Positions 48,641 through 60,804 of a stretch of 64,000 bases of DNA are shown piece by piece (the stretch's first letter is position 1; every line of letters begins with the position of its first letter). Source of the DNA: Bispira polyomma (Eukaryota). A model generated the notes under the pieces. It ran no database searches, was not told the origin of the DNA, and was given only the letters and a program-made list of their open reading frames with translations. Location of the stretch: assembly GCA_965649765.1 (NCBI GenBank), contig OZ287756.1, positions 558,001 to 622,000 of the forward strand, written 5' to 3'. The translations under genes were made by a program, and so were the position numbers.

Positions 48641-50400
48641 TATCATTTATGATATCACTTTTCTTAGTTGCTGTCCAGAAAATGTGTGTTTAAAAATTGA
48701 ATGAAAGGTGTATCAAGTCAATAAATTAGTACACCTACTTGTTTTCAGTGAGCCAAAATATACCAGATAACGTTTGGATCAGAGTTGGATCAAGTCTACA
48801 TCCAAGTACAATAATGTTTGTAGTTGTGTTTGGTTATAAGACTGACATTGGCTTGATTGCTACTAAACTTTGATGGTTATCATTGAAATTGTGGTTTTGC
48901 TGGTAAAGTGGGGTTATTATTTTTATTTATTTATTATTATTGTTTTTGTTACTTGTTTACACACGTCTCGTAAACGGTATGACATTAAAGCATAACATAC
49001 AGCAGATATTTCACCTTAGCTTTTGTTGAATTAGTCTTTATAAAACCAAGAAGTCCTGGTATATGTAGAACAACGTCCTGGATTGCTGCAAACAAAGTCC
49101 ACGCTAAATACACTGACAGTTCTAATCTCTGAGAGTTTTATAACGTCTAAGGTTTAAGGACTGCAATTTTATGTGATACTAATGTTATATCGGAAAATGT
49201 TGTAAGGAAAACAGCACCAAAGTATTGACCAGTTCAAGCATGGGCCATAGGTATTGATTGAGTTGTTGTACATACAGAATGAGAATATATCCTTGTTATT
49301 GAGTGTTTAGATCTGTGGGAATTTTCTATATGTTTGGCTCTGTGAAATGTATGTATATGGGTGGATATATGGGTGTGAAGGGAAGTGTTTGTTGGAAATT
49401 ACAAAAATGTGTTTTTATTAGTTGGTCAATCAATCAATCAATAGAAGGTATAACAAGACAGATATTGAGTAGTGATATACTATTAATGTTACACACACAG
49501 ACAGACAAACACACAGATCCAATATATTTCTGTTAAGACATGCACAATGGTTATCAACTAGACTATAAGTTCTATAGAATATTAACAGCTACAGATAGTT
49601 GTAATAAAAATGGCTGGAAAATAATTACACATGGTGCTTTCACGTTTACTCTTTGCTTGACGAACAAAAAAAAGGATATTAGAAAAACAGCACTTTAATG
49701 CTTTAATGTATCGCACACCAAATGAGGGATGTTGACATCATTAATTAAGAAAAATATGTTAATTTCTGGGTCAAACATTAAAAAACATTGAGACTGTAAT
49801 ATAATTATTATTGCTTTAAGCAGAAACTTACACGTGAAAGGGATATCAAGTTTCCCCCCACTAATGATGACATAACAAAACCACACTGCCATAATTACTC
49901 CTGAAAGTGAGAACTGTTTATTTTGTACAGTGAAGGTTTGATGAGGTTTTTGTACTGCATTGATCTAGGTCTTAAATCAATGCACGGTTTCCATTGATTA
50001 CAACTGTCACTTTTGTCATATAGACTAGGAGAGTATTTTTAGTTGTGGACATAATTGTCAATGGCAATTTGCAATACTTAATTGATAACAGTGAGAACAG
50101 GTGACGTGTGTACAAATAATTTCTTGAGATGGGATTTATGCCATAAAAATACAGCTATTATTGTAATAATCTTAAGTCTATATAATTATTGTTATTTATT
50201 AACACATACTACAAATTGAAACAGAGATTAGAAACTGAAAGCGAGATCGTGTCAAATTCAGTGTATTTAATAGAAAGTTATGACGTCATATGTAAAGAAA
50301 TACACCACAAAAAGACAAAGTGTAGACCTGTCTGTGGACTAGTGTCTGTGTGTGTATGATCAGTGTTAACTACAGTCTTATAGACAGAGTATAGAGAGAG

Positions 50401-53400
50401 ATGGATACAGATATGGACATGGGTGGGGACATACAAAGGATTCTACTGTGTGGTGCACAGAGTACTGGCAAGAGTACCCTGATGAGTGATGTTATACAAC
50501 ATCTGAAGGTCCAGTTTGGTGGGGAGGTTGGGAGGTAAGTGTGTTAGTGTGAGTAGGGGGTGATTGGGTGCTGTTATCGCACACCTAGAGGTCCAGTCTG
50601 GTGGGGAGGTTGGAAGGTAAGTGTGTTAGTGTGGGTGTGGGGTGGGTAATAAGTGAGGTCATAGTACACCTGGACGTTCAGACTGGCGGGGAGGTGAGTG
50701 TGTTCGTGTGTGTGTCGGGTGGGGTGGGGGAGGGGGGTAATTAGTGACGTCATAGTAAACCTGGACGTTCAGGAGGTTGGAATGGAAGGTGAGTATGTTT
50801 GTGTGTGTGGGGGGGGGGGAGGTGTAATGAGTGACGTCATAGTACATCTGGACGTTTAGGTTCAGGAGGTTGGGAGGTGTTTGTGTGTGGGGGAGTATTG
50901 GGTGATGTCATAGTACACCTGGACATTCAGGCTGAGGAGGTTGGAAGGTGAGTGTGTTTGTGTGTGTGTGTGTGGGGGGGGGGGGGTAATGAGTGACGTC
51001 ATAGTACACCTAGACGTTTAGGCTGAGGAGGTTTCGAGGTGTTTGTGTGTGTGTAGGTGAGTGTGTGTGTGTGTGTGTGGGGGGGGGGGGGTAATGAGTG
51101 ATGTCAATGTACATCTGGACGTTTAGGCTGAGGAGGTTGGGAGGTGTTTGTGTTTGTGTGTATGGGGGGGGGGGGGTAGGTTGGGAGGTGAATGTGTTTG
51201 TGTGTGGGGGAGTAATAAGTGATGTCACACCTTGACTTTCAGACTGAGGAGGTTGGGAGGTAAGTACAGGGGGATTTAATGTGTACTTAGTAAACTCTAT
51301 AAACATTTATCATATCTATACACACGTGTTAAAGTGGGTCGCAGGCGGAACAGTCTTCATATGCCTAAATAATTCTAAAAGAACTCAATATTTAAAGTCA
51401 ACAATAAAAGCTGCAATTTGATTGATTACCTTCCTACTTATGTGTCTGATATAGCTTACATTTGGACTAACATGGACAAAGGTATGTAACATGGGCAAAG
51501 GTATGTAACATAGACAACTGTCTGTAATGTGGACAAAGGTATGTAACGCGAACAAAGGTATGAAACATGGACAAAGGTATGATACATCAACAAATGTATG
51601 TAACATGGACAAAGGTATGTAACATAGACAAAGGTATGTAACATGGACAAAGGTATGTAACGTGGAGAAAGGTATGGAACATTGACAAAAGTATAAGACA
51701 TAGACAAAGGTATGAGTTTGAAAGTCAAACCATTACGAATGCAATCATCAGTTTTACGTAGCAATATATTGTCAATAACTGCCCTTGAAAGACTTTTGGG
51801 CCCATTCTTTAAAAAAAACCGAGATTGCCACGATGGAATCATTGGAAAACATGTGCTTTTCTAAGATATCTGGTATGTCTTTTATTAAGACACCTTATAT
51901 TAACCACAATATCGATATGTATCTGACCGATTCATCGGTCAATGAATGTTTGTATCTGTTCCCCTAGTTGTAAAATGTAGGTAGTACATTGAATGTGGAC
52001 ATTATTACAGTTTAGTTTAAACACATTTCAGTAGCAATTAGGCAACAATCGTCGAATATCATTATATTAATCTTATCTGTCTGTGTACATTAAACTCTTT
52101 CCACAATGTAAAGTGCAGACGACCAGTCCTACAAAATTGTGTGTTTTACCATAAGTGTATTGCATGAAAATTTTTGAAAATGGCAAACATCTATTATATG
52201 AGTGCATAGTAATAGTAATACAACTATATTGATGGAACAAATGCTTTTAAAACGACCTTTTCATCGATGATTAGCAGCCCAGCTCCACAAGTTGTTGACC
52301 ATCTGAAAAGTCTATCACCCTATACAACCTTGAGATTGTACCTTTTTTAGTTTGCAAGTACTATAAAGCAAACCAATTCCCAATACAATAGTTAAAACAA
52401 GTCAAGCACATATGTATTGATTTACATCTCCATTTGTAGATTTTGTGTTTCATTGTAACTTGTTATCCAATAATTCCTAGTACTAGATGTGTCTTTGGAC
52501 TTTTCGATGTATTTTTACTTGAATAGAATAATTACAGGTAACTCTAACTGGACTAAGTTACTGCCTTGTGTCTAAAAATAATCAATAGTTACATGAATAT
52601 GAAGTATGGTATTTCTCACTTTCTGGTCACTGAGCAAGTGGTGTAGCTTTTACTCACAAACCTACTCCACTAGTTTTCATTGAGGAATTTTTCATCAATT
52701 GTCGTGACTCTGTTATTTATATGTGCAGGCCACTGCCAAGATTAGACATGAAACTAAATCCTAATGTTTTACAACCACCTTTAATAGAATGAAGTTCACT
52801 CTGGGGAATATAAAATGATATATTGGGAGTTAATGAAAGATTTACTATCCGAACCATTCTTGACCAAAATTGGTCAAATTCATTACTTTAGTAATTGTGA
52901 CCACATTTTTGACCTTATTGTTGTATTTTACATTGCAATGCCCCTTATTGATGTGGGGCATCTTCTAAAGCCCAACAACAAAATAAATTCACCAATACGG
53001 AAATATAAAACCTTAGCCTAGGTCATAAGGAAGGATGTGGGTTGAAAGGGTTCTATGTACGTAATCAGTACAGCATTCCTAGACCAGCCAGACTTAATCT
53101 GGACCACTGTCAACATTGTAGCGAATTGATTTTAGATCTATCATGAAGGAAAACGGTTGGGTTGCAGAATCCATAGACCCGGGCCGACATCCGGAGGTGT
53201 TTGAAGAACTGCAGGTCCTGGTACTGAGGAAACAGAGGGATCTGGATCAGAAGTTTATCCATAGTGGAGAAAGTAAGTGGTCTTTCAGTGTAAGTATTGA
53301 TGGTACATGCATGATTGTAATGAACCGTAGTATGATTTATCTAAATATACAATGTAAATGTGTAGATCTATGGTATGATATCACCTCTAGTGGAGCCTCA

Positions 53401-55033
53401 TCTGACTTTGCTATTTACATCCCCAGCTTGGGTTGTTCCACTTGTCAAGTAATTGTTCAATTAGCGGCCAGGTACTCATACACCCATACACCTGGATGGA
53501 TAGGGACAACTTAGTGTAAAGCGACTTGTCCAAGGGTACAATCTGCAGGCCTGCTGAAAGAATCGAACCTGGCACTCTCTGATATAAAGTCATAAACCTC
53601 TTAACCTAGCCCACATAGATCTACGGTAGTGTATCTAAATTTATCTACCTTAATCTAGTACTCTAAGCACTAGCTTACCTTTTCTTGGCTATCCAAAAGT
53701 AGCCACACAGTACTGGGAACTGTCATTCCTCTAACTAAACATAAAGGCCTGTAGACAATAATTTACTAGCTTCCCCAAGGTTTTTTAGCCTAACACTGTG
53801 AGATATGGCCTAATAATAGAAGAAAGCCATTATCTTTGTGAATACCGGTTACTGATCAGCACAATGTGGGATTAAACCCAGTGCATCTTTGTTTCTTAGC
53901 GAGTGTGTGAACCACTAGTTCACAGTTACAGAGGTAATCAAATTAGAAATATTGTGCCACACTTGGTATCAAGGAGATACTATATTTTACACCTTACATA
54001 TATGACTAAGTTATATTTTTTATAATTTTATGTTGCAATACCTTCACAATTGTCATGGATCCCTTTAACAGGTTACATGAGTGATCGTAGTATTGACCCT
54101 CTAGTATATGCTGCTGTATACCAAGGTGAAGGGGCTAAGGATAAACTGCTGCAGACAGAACTAGGACAATATTGTATAGAGAGGTGAGTAGTGTGTGGAA
54201 GCTAATCTATACAGAACTAGTAGAATGTGGAAGGGTTAAATAGAAAACAGATGTACACAGAACTAGTAGAATGTGGAAGGGTTAAATAGAAAACAGATGT
54301 ACACAGAACTAGTAGAATGTGGAAGGGTTAAATAGAAAACAGATGTACACAGAACTAGTAGAATGTGGAAGGGTTAAATAGAAAACAGATGTACACAGAA
54401 CTAGTAGAATGTGGAAGGGTTAAATAGAAAACAGATGGACACAGAACTAGTAGAATGTGGAAGAGTTAAAGAGAAAACAGATGTACACAGAACTAGTAGA
54501 ATGTGGAAGGGTTAAAGAGAAAACAGATGTACACAGAACTAGTAGAATGTGGAAGGGTTAAATAGAAAACAGATGTACACAGAACTAGTAGAATGTGGAA
54601 GGGTTAAATAGAAAATAGATGTACACAGAACTAGTACTAGTGTTTAAGGGTTTAAAGTAGTGTATTGTCAGTTGTGATATTTAGGGATTTAAAAACAATT
54701 TCCTGATGTATTATTAATTGTGTATTTACTGCATATGATATAATATGTATATTCAAAGACCATGTTCTTATTTTTAGGGTGAGGAAATCCATTTTATTTC
54801 TAATTACCCCTCACAAGGAGATAGCCAGGAACGACTCAATGCGCATGACCGCAGACTTTTCTAAAATGGTGCAATACACAGAGGTGATGAAACGACTATT
54901 AACTCAGCACAATATTCCGTTTGAGGAGGTGACAGTATTAGACAGACAGGCCAGGGTGGAACAAGTTCTCAGTAAGATTAGCTCAGTGTGTCCTACTCTA
55001 GTCAAGAGGTTAGATAAAACAAGCCCAATGTGA
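50401..55033 (+). CDS. P-loop NTPase of NadR/Ttd14 (AAA_28) type, 212 aa, 4 exons: join(50401..50534,53136..53272,54072..54183,54778..55033)
   Basis: Exons splice in frame (134+137+112+256 = 639 nt) with AG|gtaagt, A|gtaagt and AG|gtgagt donors and tttag/aacag/tttag acceptors. Protein shows RILLCGAQSTGKST (Walker A), EVGRSIMKE, LQVLVLRKQ, YMSDRSIDPLVYA, LFLITP..ND.MR, IPFEEV..LD..ARVEQV. The family call is from recalled motifs, not a database search. Confidence 0.85.
50498..51266. repeat. Degenerate ~80-bp G/T-rich tandem repeat spanning the first donor of the NTPase gene
   Basis: Recurrent ACACCTGGACGTTCAG..GGAGGTTGGGAG|GT.AGTGTGTT..GGGG..GTGACGTCATAGT. Confidence 0.88.
51469..51715. repeat. 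19-bp minisatellite, about 13 copies
   Basis: Unit AACATGGACAAAGGTATGT. Confidence 0.9.
53400..53612 (-). mobile_element. tRNA-derived SINE in intron 2 of the NTPase gene
   Basis: Reverse strand reads GGTTCGATTC B box, then ACCCTTGGACAAGTCGCTTTACACTAAGTTGTCCCTATCCATCCAGGTGTATGGGT..GAGTACCTGG core-like segment. Confidence 0.6.
54211..54636. repeat. 46-bp minisatellite, about 9 copies, just after NTPase exon 3
   Basis: Unit ACAGAACTAGTAGAATGTGGAAGGGTTAAATAGAAAACAGATGTAC. Confidence 0.96.
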
Positions 55034-55139
55034 GTTAAGAAACTAAACAGCTGGTTGGATGAAAAATGGTGTCACAAATGACAATAAAATGACTACATTT
55101 GCTTCAAATTTATCCTACATACCAACAACATGGTGGTTT

Positions 55140-56495
55140 AACGATATGCCATAGAAACAATACCATCAATTTTGCAGGAGTTACATTATGTGATAAATAT
55201 TTATCTATTGTTATACTTGTCTATGAGGATAATCTGTTTTTATAAGGATATGCTCAAGTGCTGGTTCTCGTTTAAAACAGAACCTCCAACCTCAATCGAA
55301 GATATTATAAATAAGTATATCTTCTACAATACTTTCATTGTGAGAGGTAATCGATGCTTAAGCAAAATAGACAAAGACCTGGTCTACAATTTGAAAATAC
55401 TTGATCTACTAAACCACAAGCACGACTTTCTCTCTTTTGAAGAATATAGGCTAAACTTCAAATGGAAAATAGATTAGTTGTCTTATGAGGGAATACTACA
55501 GGCTATACCTGTAGAATGGTAAAAAACAATTAAAATTACTATGTGAAATTACTATGTTAAATAAAATAGATGTAATATAATTTAATATAATTTTGTAATA
55601 TAATTTTACAGGAAAAGTAAAAAAAAACGCTTAAAAAAGTGAACTGCAAAGACACTTTTTGGACACTAGTTGGAAAAATCGCAAACTACCCACCTTGATA
55701 AATACATAGGTTGACTTTTTTCCCTTTGTAGAGAGTATAGAATGGAGCTTAATATTTCGATTAGCAAATCACGTCACTTCTGAAACTTATTTACAAACAT
55801 TTCAATACATAATCATAAACAGAGTATTGAGCTGTAATTTACACAAATGGAGCATAATAGAGAATGGCCTTTGTAAATATTGTAATAGAAATAACAATGA
55901 TATCTTGGAGCATCACCTAATTTACTGCAAATGAACTGTAACCTTAGAACTCACCATGTGTAAAGTGTTTTTGGTCTACCATGACAGGACAACATACTGT
56001 CCTCAATAAATTACGTAATCCTTCTGGGAAAGTTGTTTATAAAAAACAGAGCCAAATAAGAACCCTCGTCTGATGGAAGACTTTTTATGAACCTTAAAAA
56101 TTAAACTAGGAATGATAAAGATTCTGGAGAAAGAAAGACACACACTATTTACGAAGAATCGTTTAGTAAAATTTAAAAAAAGATTTAATTATCTGTCTTA
56201 AACAACAGTTTGATACGAATACAAGTAATTAATTCAGATCAGTATTTTCGGAATGATGAATGATGAGCTTGTCTTATTCCATTCCATTGAAGGGGTAACA
56301 CTTGTTTTGGACTTCATGTTCGTGTGAACAGCATAGCATTATTAAAAGTACTAGTTTATCTTTGTTGTTGACGACATTATCTATCTTTGTCCTTTTGAGA
56401 GGTCTGTGTGTTTGTGTGATCTTTTATAATGTATATTATGTACGATATATACAAAAAAAAATAGTAAAAAAAAATAAAAAATGAAAAAAAAAAAA
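55140..56495 (+). mobile_element. L1/Tx1-clade LINE 3' fragment with poly(A) tail
   Basis: FYKDMLKCWF...IFYN, then FQYIIINRVL...WSIIENGLCKYC...DILEHHLIYC (CxxC..H..C zinc knuckle of ORF2), stops and frameshifts, A-rich tail 56451..56495. Confidence 0.75.
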
Positions 56496-58393
56496 TGTGT
56501 TTTCAACAGTATTCTCTGAAATTACATCCATTTATGTACTTGTATCCACGAGACATTGGAAAGACTCAGAACCTGTATTGATATCAATGCATGATTTCGA
56601 CTGGCTCATGTAACTAAACCGTTTTTGTGTCATTTACGTCTATTATGCTGTCTAACTTGCCTTGTGTTACTCTTGTGTGTTCAGAGCTTTACTTATATTA
56701 GCTGACTAGGGGACTTCTTCAATATTATACTACAATTTCTATGAGTCAAAAACTTATCTTGGTTTATTGTATAATCACATGTTATCAGTCAATGATGGAG
56801 GTACGTCATTCAGAGAAATGTCGATAATATGGCTCTTGACATTTGTGTGACTCATGACATTATGTACACAACTATTATCAACTTCATTACTGACTTTCAC
56901 GTCGTCGCCACTGCCTGTCAAACTAATCTCACTTTCAGTTTTCATTAAAGATTTGTTTTTGTAAAAGCTAGTTCTAGTTGCGGGTGAAGTATTTTTTAGA
57001 AATTGTCAGACTATTTGAGAAACATTTTTCTTTATTATACAAATTTCTAAAATTTAAAGTTTGATCACCATGCTCTCAATTTGTTGATATCAGTGCTTGT
57101 TGATGACATGTTTTTTTACAAAATACTGTCTCATTAGTACTTACAATATAATTATCAGCACGTAGATTGTACCATAATTTGTTAAAGTATTTTATTTATT
57201 ATTATAAGCCTAAATATTTTCATCAAAATCTGTCCAACTATTTTTTGCTATACTGCGCGTCCTAATATGTTGATCAATATTTCTCAAAGTATCACATGCA
57301 TGATGAATATCCTTACATTTTTCTTCATTAACAATATTATTAAACATTCACAACTATCACTGTTCTTAATTACTGCATTATTTGAAGACCATTTGTTGCA
57401 AGTACTATCAGTGGGTTAAAGAGGTTTGGTTCCAGAGAAAAAATCATTTCTATGTGTGGAGACTACACAAAAATTCTCTTTAGGCTCTGTTTTTCTTCAC
57501 CTCTGTTGGGCTCTATTTTTAGTAACATTTAGATTTTCAATGTGGGTACTGCTGGTTAAATAGAGCCAGAAATACAATTATTAATGTCATTCATACTAAC
57601 TAAAGACTCTTTGGAGGTCCCCTTTTGGTTGTAATATGAATGCATTTAAACATCACAGATTACAGGTATAAAATTGTCTGAGGGATTTAGTGTGAAACAT
57701 TGACATACATTTTCTACACCTTAAAGCTTGTAATTACAGACATTGGCCACATCATGACAATCATTACTATCCAAAAACAAAGTTTTAAGTGGTGACTCTG
57801 TTCTACTAAACATTCGATCATAAATTGAGTAATATTAACACTCACAAGACCCCTAGAAATTTATATAGAGTTTACAACCGCAGAAATTAGAAGGGTGACA
57901 GAAATCTAAACAGCAACACAGTTTGATTTCACCTTGGCATTGTTTAAATTATGAAATGTTCTTAAAGTTCCTCTATATAAAGCACTAAAGTAACTAATTC
58001 AAGTTTCAGATTGAGGCAAATTTTAATCAGTTCCCTGATTACCAGAGGTCAGATGAAGGCAGGTATGAACAAGTTCAGAATGCGGTTTAAAACATTTATT
58101 CTAACTACAAGTCTATATACAGAATTGATTACTAAAATCATTATTACTTTTTTAATACTTTCAGGTGGCTTAAGGTCACCTTACTGAATAAATGTTTTAC
58201 TTACGATAGTTAAGGTCACCTTAACCTCAAACAGTTTTACATGGTATAAACGGCTAAGGTGGCCATTAATTGACTTAGTTTTGTAAACAACAAGACTTAA
58301 GGCCAGACAATAGAAATGTTTTTAAAATTTAGTTTCATGCACTTTAGACAACATAGTTTAGACTATGTACATTAGAAGTTAGGTTCACTTGAA

Positions 58394-58735
58394 CATGCAT
58401 ATGTGCATGCTACATTATCTGCTACTGTTAAGACAATTACTAGCATCATATGTTAAGAGAGGAATTTACCTTCAATTAAGTGTTAGTACACACTAAGTAT
58501 AAGAAGTTATGGTTTAACTAAGGTAAGAAGTTACGCTCTTAGTTAAGTCATATTAGGTATAAGGAATTACGCTTTAACTTAAAATTAGAAAGTTACGCTA
58601 TAACTGAGTGGCTATAGACATCAAGTCCGGTACATTAAGTTTTCACTAAAACAAGTTTACGTAAAACCAGTTGAAAGTAAAACTAGTTTAAGTATAAAAC
58701 AGTTGTAGGCAAGCAAGCATTAGCCCGAATCACCC
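58394..58735 (-). repeat. Terminal direct repeat B2 of the YR retrotransposon
   Basis: About 96% identical to 59388..59726 (about 12 substitutions plus one 3-nt indel by manual alignment). Confidence 0.9.
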
Positions 58736-59387
58736 TTTACAAGCACAAATTATTTTTAATTAATTACATTTAAAGATACAAGCTTACACGCAGGTAAGTA
58801 TAACATGAATTAATATATGGTAAATAGTTTGTATAATACATATAAGTAAAAACACTAAGATAATAAAGGTTACAAGTTTATAAGCCAAACATGGCAATTA
58901 GATAAAATCAATGAAGCACATATGGTTTCATTAAAAGAGCGTTACGTAAATGTCTGTTCATTCTTAAAAAGTTCATTCTCAAACCTTATCCTTAGGCCTT
59001 AACAGTGGTATAACCAGTTGACAGGTTATTTACTATAAGATCCTATCTAGCTCAGCTTATGGCCCTAGGTGGCTAAGCAATATAGCCCCTTATTACATAA
59101 AAGCAGGATCTCAACCACGGTGTACATGTAAAGCTAGCTGAACCCTTTGGTTTGGAACTGTTGTCGACTGTGATACTGGTGTGTTGGTACGCATCCTGAA
59201 ACTAGAACAAACCGTTAAATGGGAGGGTACAGCGTGGCTTGTAAAACAGTCTTACTCCTAGTAAAATTTCTAGTTTAATGATGGCTGCCAGTTGGCGGCA
59301 ATCTCTTTTATACTGCCCTCCCTGACCTTTTGTGTCCTAATGGCCACTTCTAGTCTGGTACCAGAACTGAGAGGGGTGACGCCTGGG

Positions 59388-59726
59388 CATGCATATATGC
59401 ATGCTACATTATCTGCTACTGTTAAGACAATTACTAGCAACATATGTTAAGAGAATTCACCTTCAATTAAGTGTTAGTACACACTAAGTATAAGAAGTTA
59501 TGGTTTAACTAAGCTAAGAATTTACGCTCTTAGTTAAGTCATATTAGGTATAAGGAATTATGCTTTAACTTAAAATTGGAAAGTTACGCTTTAATTGAGT
59601 GGCTATAGACATTAAGTCTGGTACATTAAGTTTTCACTGAAACAAGTTTACGTAAAACCAGTTGAAAGTAAAACTAGTTTAAGTATAAAACAGTTGTAGG
59701 CAAGCAAGCATTAGCCCGAATCACCC
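59388..59726 (-). repeat. Internal direct repeat B1 of the YR retrotransposon
   Basis: Begins about 25 nt after the YR stop; copy of 58394..58735. Confidence 0.9.
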
Positions 59727-59751
59727 AAACCCCAACTTAGTAGGAGTAGAG

Positions 59752-60804
59752 CTAGGGAGCCAGATGACGTCTGAATGTATTTGCGATTTGTTGGCCAGCG
59801 TCAACAGTGTCGGTGACGTACCTTCACACGCAGTCCGAGGTCCAAGTGCCGTGTTGTTGTATATTCTGGATACTTACATTATGATTGAAAGTAAACGTGG
59901 CACCAGAACGATGGAAAGTGTGGAAGGTAAGTCCCGAGGTGTGTAATTGTAACATTTTTAATATGTTAGAAAAGTGACGTTGTACCTTTGTGTCTGTCAA
60001 CGGGAGCCATAACTGGTTAGTTCTGAATTGAAATAAAGCTGCATTATCCCCACCAGGGGTAACTGACATTGCTGTTTTTAAGGCACCAACCGGGCACAAT
60101 GGGGATCCAGGAAGACATGGTATAGTGATTAGTTTAATTTGGTTGTTTGTTTGCATGATCTTTGGCCATTTTACAAATATGACAGCTTTGTTCTGTCGAA
60201 ACATGACATCCCCCTTAGCTTGGTGTTTTAGGGGAGAGTACTGGTTAGCCGAATGTGGCACTAAGTTGGATAGTCTCAGAAAAGAGAAGTAGCTGAGCAA
60301 ATAGACAGCTTGGAATATTGCCCCCAGGTAGGTGTTTTCAGAAGCAGCAATAATGTTAGATAACGTAGTGGTATCTATAATTTTTTTCAATTTTACATTC
60401 AAGGGAGCTGACAATTTTACCGCCTTTTGATAATAAGAAACTTTAGGGTCACTGAAGGCCAAGACATTAATACCATACAGTATTGATTGCGCTTTAATAG
60501 CAGAGAGGTAATTGGCCATTTGACCTGGTTTTACAGAATTAAAATGTAGTACTTCGATAAAACACAGAAGGTCAAGTACATTCACCTGATTGTAAGGTCG
60601 TTCCATGAAAGCATTATAGGCTATGTAGATCCTATACATGGCAGCATAGGCTCTGCTGGTAGACCTGGTGAAGGCTAGGTGCAGTTTTTTGGTTGCATTT
60701 CTATAGAGCAATTGGTGGAGAGGTTTGCTATCTGAAACATAATAACTGGAGGAAGTATGCATGTTATATTTGCTCATTAACTGCCAAATACAGTACATTG
60801 ACAT
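59752..60804 (-). pseudogene. Tyrosine recombinase of the DIRS/Ngaro element with premature stop
   Basis: Motifs FLRLSNL, CPV, HTFHRSGAT, HGTWTSDCV*RY; in-frame TGA at 59824..59826 precedes RY; the frame continues to TAG at 59752..59754. Confidence 0.88.

Noticed and set aside
51469-51715. 19-bp repeat containing donor-like AAAG|GTATGT
   Set aside because: No adjacent exon could be identified, so it was not counted among the splice-anchored arrays
59824-60804. Phage integrase or bacterial contamination
   Set aside because: The recombinase overlaps an RT/RNase H ORF and follows a gag-like ORF, the standard layout of eukaryotic DIRS-order retrotransposons
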